This document shows positions 7,872 through 19,275 of a stretch of DNA of 27,428 nucleotides, one piece after another. Position numbers and translations under genes: made by a program. How positions within the stretch are numbered: the first letter of the stretch is position 1; the number at the start of each line of letters is the position of its first letter. Under the pieces are notes generated by a model that ran no database searches, was not told the origin of the DNA, and worked only from the letters and a program-made list of their open reading frames with translations. The stretch comes from a virus (taxonomy: Duplodnaviria; Heunggongvirae; Uroviricota; Caudoviricetes), in the IMG/VR virus record IMGVR_UViG_2802429253_000015. One strand, 5' to 3'.

Positions 7872-8327
7872 GTTTGAAGTCCTGATGTTAAGTGGCTTTT
7901 TAATTATAGCAGATATGCTTTCAATGATAGGGCGGAGAGCTGTTATTGAGGTGATACTATGACCACTCAATCAACATTACATAAAATGACGTTTACTCCT
8001 GTTTGGCACAGTAGCAGAATTTTGCTTCTGCTACTGAAGTCGCTTTAGCACTAGAATATGCTGATGGATAAAGCAGTTCAGCGTATGTACTGCGTCATGC
8101 ATATCGGTCTTGCAGATATGACGAGAAGGGGAGACAAGGTGTGTGTAATGTAGAAGTCTTTAAAGTGCTGCCTGGGATAACTCTATGCTGAAGTGCAATT
8201 GATAAAAGTAACACGATAAAGGTTTTTCAATGAAGATGGCAACGTGATGCTTGCATTTTTCAAAAAATATGGATAAAATCCCCTCAATGATGGGCTTTGT
8301 ATATCTGATGTTTAGAAAGAAAATTAG

Positions 8328-8352
8328 AAAACCCGCTGATGAGCGGGTTTTG
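8328..8352. terminator. Bidirectional-looking intrinsic terminator (AAACCCGCT-gatg-AGCGGGTTT) downstream of the cspF-like gene
   Basis: GC-rich hairpin flanked by an A-run upstream and a T-run downstream. Confidence 0.6.
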
Positions 8353-8643
8353 TGCTTTAAATGGGGCAATGGTGATGTTGAACCTCATCCCGGGACTCAT
8401 GTCTGTTAACTTATTATTTAGCTGGTGACTTAGTTATTTGCCTGATGTTTAAAATGTTTTCTTCCAGTACAATGTCCCTAAACACAATGAGTCTGCTTAT
8501 TATATTATTAGCAGAGCTATTACGGCCAAAGTACAGCATAAGCTTTTAAAGCCAATCAACCAGTCATCAAGGCAGACGGGGTTATTCATAAAAACTCTCC
8601 ATGTGTGATCCGATGGGGCTTAAAGTAAAAGCTTTAATATAGT

Positions 8644-8856
8644 TCATGAAAGATAAACATTGGCAGCTGAAGGTCCACGTAGACCATTGATTCGGCAAAA
8701 TTCCACGCGTAATCCTGTGGTAATTTCTTCTGCATCGCGGAGATTGAGAGCAGAAACGTGCAGCTGGACATCGATACGGCCATCGGATGGTATGATAAGA
8801 CCTTTGCCGCTTTTGTAGTCAAAGGTTTTGACAATTCCTGTCATTTTACGGGACAA
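8644..8856 (-). CDS. cspF: CspA-family cold-shock protein paralog, CspF/CspH-like (70 aa), probable TTG start
   Basis: Translation [27 protein letters not shown]... has the cold-shock-domain layout and the [14 protein letters not shown]-terminus I recall for CspF. AAGGA sits 7 nt upstream of the TTG at 8856. Confidence 0.8.
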   Translation of the reverse strand: MSRKMTGIVKTFDYKSGKGLIIPSDGRIDVQLHVSALNLRDAEEITTGLRVEFCRINGLRGPSAANVYLS

Positions 8857-9156
8857 AAAAATTCCTTAATACTGATAACTTGGCGCACTATACACACGTT
8901 CCTGAAGAAAGCTATAGTTTTTTGATGGGGTTGAAGATGGCTGGATGTCTAAAATAAACATTGCTTCATATGTTCAACTATGAGTTAATGATTGCGTCGG
9001 TTTGAAGAACAGACGATATACGAAGTAGTTTACTAAAGCAGTTCTCATTTCAGGTGTTATTCACTTATTCCTTCTTTGAGTCTCTCCAATTAAGTACGAA
9101 GTCGTTTCTGTTATACAAACCATTTATGCCGAAAGGCTCAAGTTAAGGAATGTAGA

Positions 9157-9372
9157 ATGTCAAATAAAATGACTGGTTTAGTAAAATGGTTTAACGCTGA
9201 TAAAGGTTTTGGCTTTATTTCTCCTGTTGATGGTAGTAAAGATGTGTTTGTGCATTTTTCTGCGATTCAGAATGATAATTATCGAACCTTATTTGAAGGT
9301 CAAAAGGTTACCTTCTCTGTAGAGAGTGGTGCTAAAGGTCCTGCAGCAGCAAATGTCATCATTAATGATTAA
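9157..9372 (+). CDS. cspB: CspA-family cold-shock protein paralog, CspB/CspI-like (71 aa)
   Basis: Translation [38 protein letters not shown]... carries the canonical RNP1/RNP2 motifs (KGFGFI, VFVHF). Divergent from the cspF-like gene across a ~300-bp intergenic region, as in Qin. Confidence 0.85.
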   Translation: MSNKMTGLVKWFNADKGFGFISPVDGSKDVFVHFSAIQNDNYRTLFEGQKVTFSVESGAKGPAAANVIIND

Positions 9373-9653
9373 AATTCATAGTTTGTCTGTATACGATAAC
9401 GAAGAAGGCTGATGCCTGAGTGGAGATACAGACAGAGTGGCGAATATTGGATCTCTTTAATAAAGAGTAAGGAGGTCCAATACATGAAACAATGGCCAGC
9501 ATATTTGGTAATAACTTAATCAGGAAAAGTATGCTAACCATTGTGGTGAAGTGCAGGTTTGCTGCATGAATAGTTTTACAGCAGAAGCTAACTGCTGGCA
9601 TAGCAAAACAAAGTGCGTAAGTGGATGACTCTCACAAAAAGCACCACAATATT

Positions 9654-9680
9654 AAACCCGCTCAGGCGGGTTTTTTATTA
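9654..9680. terminator. Intrinsic terminator (AAACCCGC-tcag-GCGGGTTTTTT) between the cspB-like gene and the convergent Zn-ribbon gene
   Basis: Perfect 8-bp GC-rich stem followed by a T-run; the A-rich 5' flank suggests it may work in both directions. Confidence 0.7.
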
Positions 9681-9735
9681 TCTGCTTTAAATATATTATT
9701 AAAATATAAAAAATACTTGTTGCGAATAAAATCAA

Positions 9736-9906
9736 TCAGGCTACAGCTTTAAGATTTGTCTGGAATACTTTGTTGCAATGAGGGCAGATCAAAAGGGCAC
9801 CTTTTTGTACTCTTGAAAAACTGTGTTCTGACTCTTGGGTGCAGTTTGGGCAGGAACATTTAACGAGATAATTACGGCGTGATTTTGAGTCTTTACGTTC
9901 TGACAT
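9736..9906 (-). CDS. Small zinc-ribbon protein (56 aa; CxxC...CxxC), hypothetical
   Basis: MSERKDSKSRRNYLVKCSCPNCTQESEHSFSRVQKGALLICPHCNKVF... has two CxxC pairs. The start is taken at the internal ATG (9906) rather than the longer ORF in the track. Confidence 0.45.
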   Translation of the reverse strand: MSERKDSKSRRNYLVKCSCPNCTQESEHSFSRVQKGALLICPHCNKVFQTNLKAVA

Positions 9907-10125
9907 AGGCTTTTCCTGTATAAATGGCCGTATACAGTACACTAAATATGAAAACATTTCTCTTATTATTAATTAATATATGATTTTCTTTCAAAATAAT
10001 TAACCACATTTTTAATGTGTATGTTTTTTTAGCGCCGTTGAGAACAACGTGTGCTGTAAAAACTACCCCGTAGACTCCGATATTTTCAAACATATTGCAC
10101 CATCCGTGTACATCGGGGTGAGGAT

Positions 10126-10341
10126 ATGAAATCAATGGATAAGTTAACAACAGGTGTTGCGTATGGCACATCGGCGGGTAATGCTGGTTTCTGGGCATTG
10201 CAGTTACTCGATAAAGTAACTCCGTCACAGTGGGCTGCAATCGGTGTGCTGGGTAGCCTGGTTTTTGGCCTGCTGACGTATCTGACAAATCTTTATTTCA
10301 AGATTAAAGAAGACAGGCGTAAGGCCGCGAGAGGAGAGTAA
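10126..10341 (+). CDS. S: Class II holin of phage-21 S21 (pinholin) type with dual-start motif, 71 aa
   Basis: [55 protein letters not shown]... shows two transmembrane segments and the two start codons M1 (antiholin, with extra Lys) and M4 (holin). GGTGAGGA ribosome-binding site. Confidence 0.85.
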   Translation: MKSMDKLTTGVAYGTSAGNAGFWALQLLDKVTPSQWAAIGVLGSLVFGLLTYLTNLYFKIKEDRRKAARGE

Positions 10342-10345
10342 TCCA

Positions 10346-10897
10346 ATGACTCAAGACTATGAACTGGTTGTGAAAGGAGTCCGTAATTTTGAGCATAAAG
10401 TTACGGTAACTTTAGCCTTACAGGACAAAGAACGCTTTGACGGTGAGATTTTTGAGCTGGATATCACTATGGATCGTGTTGAAGGTGCTGCACTGGAGTT
10501 TTATGAGGCAGCAGCCAGAATGAGAATCAGACAGGTATTCCTGGATGTTGCTGCCGGGTTATGTGAAGGGGATGAGCAGTCGCCGGAAAAGCGCCCCATA
10601 ATTTTAGAGGCGCAGAATGTGTGGATAACCTACAAAGGAAAGCTACCGGGAAGAATTACTGGTTCTCTGAAGACGCCACCGACGGCATTGCGGTCAGAAA
10701 AAGATGATATTGAATCGCTCATTGAAAAACTGGAGGGCAGCGTCGCTGATCTGAATAAAAAATTGTCGGTGCTTATTCCTTCTGAAGATGAAAAAAAACG
10801 CCGCGATGAGCAGTTTGCGGCGTTTTACGATTATTGCATTGAAGTTACTCGCAGGAATTTTGTGAAGATTTTTGAGGAGGGTAAATCTCTTCAGTAA
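10346..10897 (+). CDS. Hypothetical protein (183 aa) inserted between holin and endolysin; N-terminal part resembles the YdfR/DUF1327 family
   Basis: Starts 5 nt after the holin stop. Same position as ydfR in Qin-like prophages but clearly longer. The 3' end overlaps a convergent ORF, so the C-terminal extent is uncertain. Confidence 0.45.
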   Translation: MTQDYELVVKGVRNFEHKVTVTLALQDKERFDGEIFELDITMDRVEGAALEFYEAAARMRIRQVFLDVAAGLCEGDEQSPEKRPIILEAQNVWITYKGKLPGRITGSLKTPPTALRSEKDDIESLIEKLEGSVADLNKKLSVLIPSEDEKKRRDEQFAAFYDYCIEVTRRNFVKIFEEGKSLQ

Positions 10898-11096
10898 GCT
10901 TAATGGCGGACGCTGCAATTAATTCAGGAAGGTCCGCAAGGTCATCTGTCAGTGGATATGATGAAAAATCGGCGGCAGTTCTGTTAAGAAGCGCTTTAAC
11001 TAATTCCTTTTCCTTCTCCGGCAACAAGTTGATTAGAGCTACGACTGCTTGCCTGAGTGCGATAAAAGTTTGTTTTGGTAGATTTGTGTAATCCAT
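10845..11096 (-). CDS. Hypothetical protein (83 aa), convergent with and overlapping the preceding gene
   Basis: AGAGGTG Shine-Dalgarno 4 nt upstream of ATG 11096 on the minus strand; acidic sequence with no recognised family. Confidence 0.35.
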   Translation of the reverse strand: MDYTNLPKQTFIALRQAVVALINLLPEKEKELVKALLNRTAADFSSYPLTDDLADLPELIAASAIKLTEEIYPPQKSSQNSCE

Positions 11097-11209
11097 AGTC
11101 ACCTCTGTGTTTATCAGATTGACATCCTCCTCCCGCCAGTGCCCATCACTGGCGAGGTAAGATTTAACATATCCGGGGATTTGAAGCCGATAAATCCTGA
11201 TAAATATCC

Positions 11210-11743
11210 ATGAACGTAAAAATCAGATACAGCCTGTCGGCTGCTGTTCTGGCTCTGATTGCCGCCAGTGCTCCTGCCCCTGACATTCTCGATCAGTTTC
11301 TGGATGAAAAAGAGGGGAATCACACCACTGCATACCGCGATGGCTCCGGCATATGGACCATCTGTCGGGGAGCAACGATGGTGGACGGTAAACCTGTTAT
11401 TCCGGGAATGAAACTGTCGAAGGAAAAATGCGCCCAGGTTAACGCCATTGAGCGGGATAAGGCGCTGGCATGGGTGGAGCGCAATATAAAAGTTCCACTG
11501 ACCGAGCCACAGAAAGCCGGTATCGCGTCATTCTGTCCCTATAACATTGGCCCCGGTAAGTGTTTTCCGTCGACGTTTTATAAGCGGCTGAATGCCGGTG
11601 ATCGTAAAGGCGCATGCGAGGCGATTCGCTGGTGGATAAAGGACGGTGGACGTGATTGCCGCATTCGTTCAAATAATTGTTACGGTCAGGTTATTCGTCG
11701 TGACCAGGAAAGCGTATTAGCCTGTTGGGGGATAGAGCAGTGA
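11210..11743 (+). CDS. rrrD: SAR endolysin (T4-lysozyme-like glycoside hydrolase family 24), RrrD/R21-type, 177 aa
   Basis: N-terminal signal-anchor-release segment ([16 protein letters not shown]) followed by the lysozyme core ...[22 protein letters not shown]...; closely matches my recollection of RrrD. Pairs functionally with the pinholin. Confidence 0.9.
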   Translation: MNVKIRYSLSAAVLALIAASAPAPDILDQFLDEKEGNHTTAYRDGSGIWTICRGATMVDGKPVIPGMKLSKEKCAQVNAIERDKALAWVERNIKVPLTEPQKAGIASFCPYNIGPGKCFPSTFYKRLNAGDRKGACEAIRWWIKDGGRDCRIRSNNCYGQVIRRDQESVLACWGIEQ

Positions 11744-12204
11744 GCAGAGTTGCCGCGATTATTTATGCTCTGGCTATCTGCATCATCGTCTGCCTGTCAT
11801 GGGCTGTTAATCATTACCGTGATAACGCCATCGCCTACAAAGAACAGCGTGATAAAAAAGTCAGTGAGCTGAAGCAGGTGACCGCCAACATTACTGACAT
11901 GCAGCAGCGCCAGCGTGCTGCTGATGCACTCGATGCTAAATACACGAAGGAGTTAGCTGATGCGAAAGCTGAAAATGATGCTCTGCGTGATGATGTTGCC
12001 GCTGGTCGTCGTCGGTTGCACATCAAAGCAGTCTGTCAGTCAGTGCGTGAAGCCACCACCGCCTCCGGCGTGGATAATGCAGCCTCCCCCCGACTGGCAG
12101 ACACCGCTGAACGGGATTATTTCACCCTCAGAGAGCGGCTGATATTGATGCAAAAACAACTGGAGGGGGCACAGCTATATATTAGCGAGCAATGCCTCAG
12201 ATAA
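11740..12204 (+). CDS. Rz: Rz i-spanin (inner-membrane spanin subunit), 154 aa, GTG start
   Basis: GTG overlaps the endolysin stop (GTGA); N-terminal transmembrane helix then coiled-coil-like ...[28 protein letters not shown]... Confidence 0.85.
   Translation: MSRVAAIIYALAICIIVCLSWAVNHYRDNAIAYKEQRDKKVSELKQVTANITDMQQRQRAADALDAKYTKELADAKAENDALRDDVAAGRRRLHIKAVCQSVREATTASGVDNAASPRLADTAERDYFTLRERLILMQKQLEGAQLYISEQCLR
11960..12142 (+). CDS. Rz1: Rz1 o-spanin lipoprotein embedded in the +1 frame of Rz, 60 aa
   Basis: Lipobox LVVVGC followed by a proline-rich mature region ([15 protein letters not shown]), entirely inside Rz; the classic embedded spanin architecture. Confidence 0.75.
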   Translation: MRKLKMMLCVMMLPLVVVGCTSKQSVSQCVKPPPPPAWIMQPPPDWQTPLNGIISPSESG

Positions 12205-12821
12205 AAAACCGGCCAAGGATAATCCGCTGAAGATTCGCCGGCGGCAAAGGAATGCCAATACATGAGCATAGGCGATTACCTGTGCTCATGCAATGTATTG
12301 CCTTTATGTGGATTGTGGGCAATAGATTTCTGATCTATTTCTGTGCGCCGTATCGTCGCCGTATTCCCCCATTAACAGAGACCGTAGCCCGACGGGGAAT
12401 TCCTTCTGCGCGAGTGTGCGGGAATAATCAAAAACGATGCACACCGGGTTTTTACCGCGTTTATGATTCGCGGGTTTGTCCCTCATGCTCGCCAGCCCTG
12501 TGCGAGGGTGGAAGAAACAGGGCATGTATTCAGGAGCGTGCGGCCACGGTCGCACGGTATCTTTGTCAGGAGGTTGTGATGAAAGAGTCGCAGAAATTTA
12601 ATTCAATAATGGAACGATTCTGTTCTCCTGAGCGAGAGGCTTACATCATGCATTCATTGAGTGCCTGTTGTAATATCGCCAAACATTAATCAGGTGCGCG
12701 AGATGTCGGCTAATACTGACCCTGACGAAATGTGACGCTGCTCTAATCTGAAAGATGGTGCAGACGACCTATAGTTCGCATCCATTCCTGATTACCCTAT
12801 TCAAGTTGATGAGACAGAAAC

Positions 12822-13067
12822 ATGACAGCAGCTAAAGAGCAGATTGAATATGAGCTAAATGAATTCTTCGCGTCCGCCCTTGGTGATGTGTTTAAAAGTT
12901 GCCGACTGGCTGAAAGCGTATCGGATTACCAGATCTCTACTGTTAGTTTTCCAACGGAAAAAAACGCCTGGTTGGAGCTTGGTGAATTACCCGTGATTAT
13001 CGAGTTGTCTAACGGACGTTGCTTTGAGATTAGTGCGTCTGAATGGTTGCAGATCACACCGCTTTAA
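12822..13067 (+). CDS. Hypothetical protein (81 aa) between the lysis cassette and cos
   Basis: ORF with ATG start; no recognised family; sits in the position where lambda carries small unknown ORFs upstream of cos. Confidence 0.4.
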   Translation: MTAAKEQIEYELNEFFASALGDVFKSCRLAESVSDYQISTVSFPTEKNAWLELGELPVIIELSNGRCFEISASEWLQITPL

Positions 13068-13129
13068 ATTAAGCCCGCTGCCCACCTTGGCTACAGGCAT
13101 TCGCTAGTGGCTGGGTCCTTTCCGGCGAT

Positions 13130-13331
13130 CCGGCAGGCTACGGGGCGTCAGACGCGCGGGTTTTCGCTATTTATGAAAATTTTCCGGTTTAAGGCGTTTC
13201 CGTTCTTCTTCGCCGTAACCTAATGTTTTTATTTAAAACACCCCCTGAAAAGAAAGGAAACGACAGGTGCTGAAAACGAGCTTTTTGGCCTCTGTCGTTT
13301 CCTTTCTCTGTTTTTGTCCGTGGAATGAACA
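13130..13331. other. cos: cos site of a lambda-type packaging system: cosN (about 13143-13154) and cosB with Nu1-binding R elements (R3 about 13192-13210; inverted R2/R1 about 13246-13311)
   Basis: Sequence ...ACGGGGCGTCAGACG-CGCGGGTTTTCGCTATTTATGAAAATTTTCCGGTTTAAGGCGTTTCCG... is near-collinear with the lambda left end as I recall it. Inverted R elements AAAGGAAACGACAG / CTGTCGTTTCCTTT are present. Nu1 starts about 190 bp from cosN, as in lambda. Confidence 0.8.
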
Positions 13332-13851
13332 ATGGAAGTCAACAAAAAGCAGCTGGCTGACATTTTCGGTGCGAGTATCCGTACCATTCAGAACTGGCAG
13401 GAGCAGGGAATGCCAGTTCTGCGAGGCGGTGGGAAGGGTAATGAGGTGCTTTATGACTCTGCCGCCGTCATAAAATGGTATGCCGAAAGGGATGCTGAAA
13501 TTGAGAACGAAAAGCTGCGCCGGGAGGTTGAAGAACTGCGGCAGGCCAGCGAGACAGATCTGCAGCCAGGGACTATTGAGTACGAACGCCATCGACTTAC
13601 GCGTGCGCAGGCCGACGCACAGGAGCTGAAAAATGCCAGAGACTCCGCTGAAGTGGTGGAAACCGCATTCTGTACTTTCGTGCTGTCGCGGATCGCAGGT
13701 GAAATTGCCAGTATTCTCGACGGGATCCCCCTGTCGGTGCAGCGGCGTTTTCCGGAACTGGAAAACCGACATGTTGATTTCCTGAAACGGGATATCATCA
13801 AAGCCATGAACAAAGCAGCCGCGCTGGATGAACTGATACCGGAGTTGCTGA

Positions 13852-13877
<26 letters not shown>
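13332..13877 (+). CDS. nu1: Terminase small subunit Nu1 (181 aa)
   Basis: MEVNKKQLADIFGASIRTIQNWQEQGMP... is the lambda Nu1 HTH N-terminus; same length as lambda gpNu1. Confidence 0.95.
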
Positions 13878-17558
<3,681 letters not shown>

Positions 17559-17578
<20 letters not shown>

Positions 17579-18878
17579 TCTCCCGCATATTGCCAGCATG
17601 GCCTTTAATGAGCCGCTGATGCTTGAACCCGCCTATGCGCGGGTTTTCTTTTGTGCGCTTGCAGGCCAGCTTGGGATCAGCCGCCTGACGGATGCGGTGT
17701 CCGGTGACAGCCTGACTGCCGGAGAGGCACCCGCGACGCTGGCGTTAGCCGGTGATGGTGACGGGCCACGACAGGCCCGCAGTTATCAGGTCATGAACGG
17801 CATCGCCGTGCTGCCGGTGTCCGGCACGCTGGTCAGCCGGACGCGGGCGCTGCAGCCGTATTCGGGGATGACCGGTTACAACGGCATTATCGCCCGTCTG
17901 CAACAGGCTGCCAGCGACCCGATGGTGGACGGCATTCTGCTCGATATGGACACGCCCGGCGGGATGGTGGCGGGGGCATTTGACTGCGCTGACATCATCG
18001 CCCGTGTGCGTGACATAAAACCGGTATGGGCGCTGGCCAACGACATGAACTGCAGTGCAGGTCAGTTGCTTGCCAGTGCCGCCTCCCGGCGTCTGGTCAC
18101 ACAGACCGCCCGGACAGGCTCCATCGGCGTCATGATGGCTCACAGTAATTACGGTGCTGCGCTGGAGAAACAGGGTGTGGAAATCACGCTGATTTACAGC
18201 GGCAGCCATAAGGTGGATGGCAACCCCTACAGCCATCTTCCGGATGACGTCCGGGAGACACTGCAGTCCCGGATGGATGCAACCCGTCAGATGTTTGCGC
18301 AGAAGGTGTCGGCATATACCGGTCTGTCCGTGCAGGCCGTGCTGGATACCGAGGCTGCAGTGTACAGCGGTCAGGAGGCCATTGATGCCGGACTGGCTGA
18401 TGAACTTGTTAACAGCACCGATGCGATCACCGTCATGCGTGATGCACTGGATGCACGTAAATCCCGTCTCTCAGGAGGGCGAATGACCAAAGAGACTCAA
18501 TCAACAACTGTTTCAGCCACTGCTTCGCAGGCTGACGTTACTGACGTGGTGCCAGCGACGGAGGGCGAAAACGCCAGCGCGGCGCAGCCGGACGTGAACG
18601 CGCAGATCACCGCAGCGGTTGCGGCAGAAAACAGCCGCATTATGGGGATCCTCAACTGTGAGGAGGCTCACGGACGCGAAGAACAGGCGCGCGTTCTGGC
18701 AGAACCCCCCGGAATGACCGTGGAAACGGCCCGCCGCATTCTGGCCGCAGCACCACAGAGTGCACAGGCGCGCAGTGACACTGCGCTGGATCGTCTGATG
18801 CAGGGTGCACCGGCACCGCTGGCTGCAGGTAACCCGGCATCTGATGCCGTTAACGATTTGCTGAACACACCAGTGTAA
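17559..18878 (+). CDS. C: Head maturation protease/scaffold C (S49 peptidase family), 439 aa, GTG start
   Basis: GTG 17559 overlaps the B 3' end by 20 nt exactly as in lambda; VTAALRNLPHIASMAFNEPLM... is the lambda gpC N-terminus. Confidence 0.9.
18273..18878 (+). CDS. nu3: Scaffolding protein Nu3 (201 aa), in-frame internal start within C
   Basis: ATG at 18273 (MDATRQMFAQ...), same frame and stop as C, at the same offset from the C start as in lambda. Confidence 0.8.
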   Translation: MDATRQMFAQKVSAYTGLSVQAVLDTEAAVYSGQEAIDAGLADELVNSTDAITVMRDALDARKSRLSGGRMTKETQSTTVSATASQADVTDVVPATEGENASAAQPDVNAQITAAVAAENSRIMGILNCEEAHGREEQARVLAEPPGMTVETARRILAAAPQSAQARSDTALDRLMQGAPAPLAAGNPASDAVNDLLNTPV

Positions 18879-18887
18879 GGGATGTTT

Positions 18888-19220
18888 ATGACGAGCAAAG
18901 AAACCTTTACCCATGACCAGCCGCTGGGCAACAGTGACCCGGCTCATACCGCAACCGCGCCCGGCGGATTGAGTGCGAAAGCGCCTGCAATGACCCCGCT
19001 GATGCTGGACACCTCCACCCGTAAGCTGGTTGCGTGGGATGGCACCACCGACGGTGCTGCTGTCGGCATTCTTGCTGTTGCTGCTGACCAGACCAGCACC
19101 ACGCTGACGTTCTACAAGTCCGGCACGTTCCGTTATGAGGATGTGCTCTGGCCGGAGGCTGCCAGCGACGAGACGAAAAAACGGACCGCGTTTGCCGGAA
19201 CGGCAATCAGCATCGTTTAA
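18888..19220 (+). CDS. D: Head decoration protein D (110 aa)
   Basis: [41 protein letters not shown]... is lambda gpD. Confidence 0.95.
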   Translation: MTSKETFTHDQPLGNSDPAHTATAPGGLSAKAPAMTPLMLDTSTRKLVAWDGTTDGAAVGILAVAADQTSTTLTFYKSGTFRYEDVLWPEAASDETKKRTAFAGTAISIV

Positions 19221-19240
19221 CTTTACCCTTCATCACTAAA

Positions 19241-19262
19241 GGCCGCCTGTGCGGCTTTTTTT
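19241..19262 (+). terminator. Stem-loop with T-run (GGCCGC-ctgt-GCGGC-TTTTTTT) between D and E; partial terminator or mRNA-structure element inside the late operon
   Basis: GC hairpin followed by 7 T, directly upstream of the E ribosome-binding site; I recall the same element in lambda. Confidence 0.45.
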
Positions 19263-19275
19263 ACGGGATTTTTTT

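Noticed and set aside
8160-8369. 69-aa minus-strand ORF
   Set aside because: Spans the terminator hairpin at 8328-8352 and has no ribosome-binding site; most likely non-coding 3' region of the cspF-like gene.
6526-10125. tRNA genes or stx toxin genes between Q and the holin, as in Stx phages
   Set aside because: Reading the region, I found no tRNA-like acceptor or T-arm motifs and no ORF resembling StxA or StxB. The morons here are csp paralogs and small ORFs.
12252-12689. 145-aa ORF rich in Cys/Arg/Pro after Rz
   Set aside because: Composition and lack of a ribosome-binding site suggest a chance frame. Only the last 36 codons, preceded by AGGAGG, might be translated, and that is kept as a low-confidence observation rather than a feature.
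13233-13772. 179-aa minus-strand ORF crossing cos and antisense to Nu1
   Set aside because: Antisense to a near-certain lambda Nu1 gene and running through the cos site; artefact of the GC-rich coding strand.
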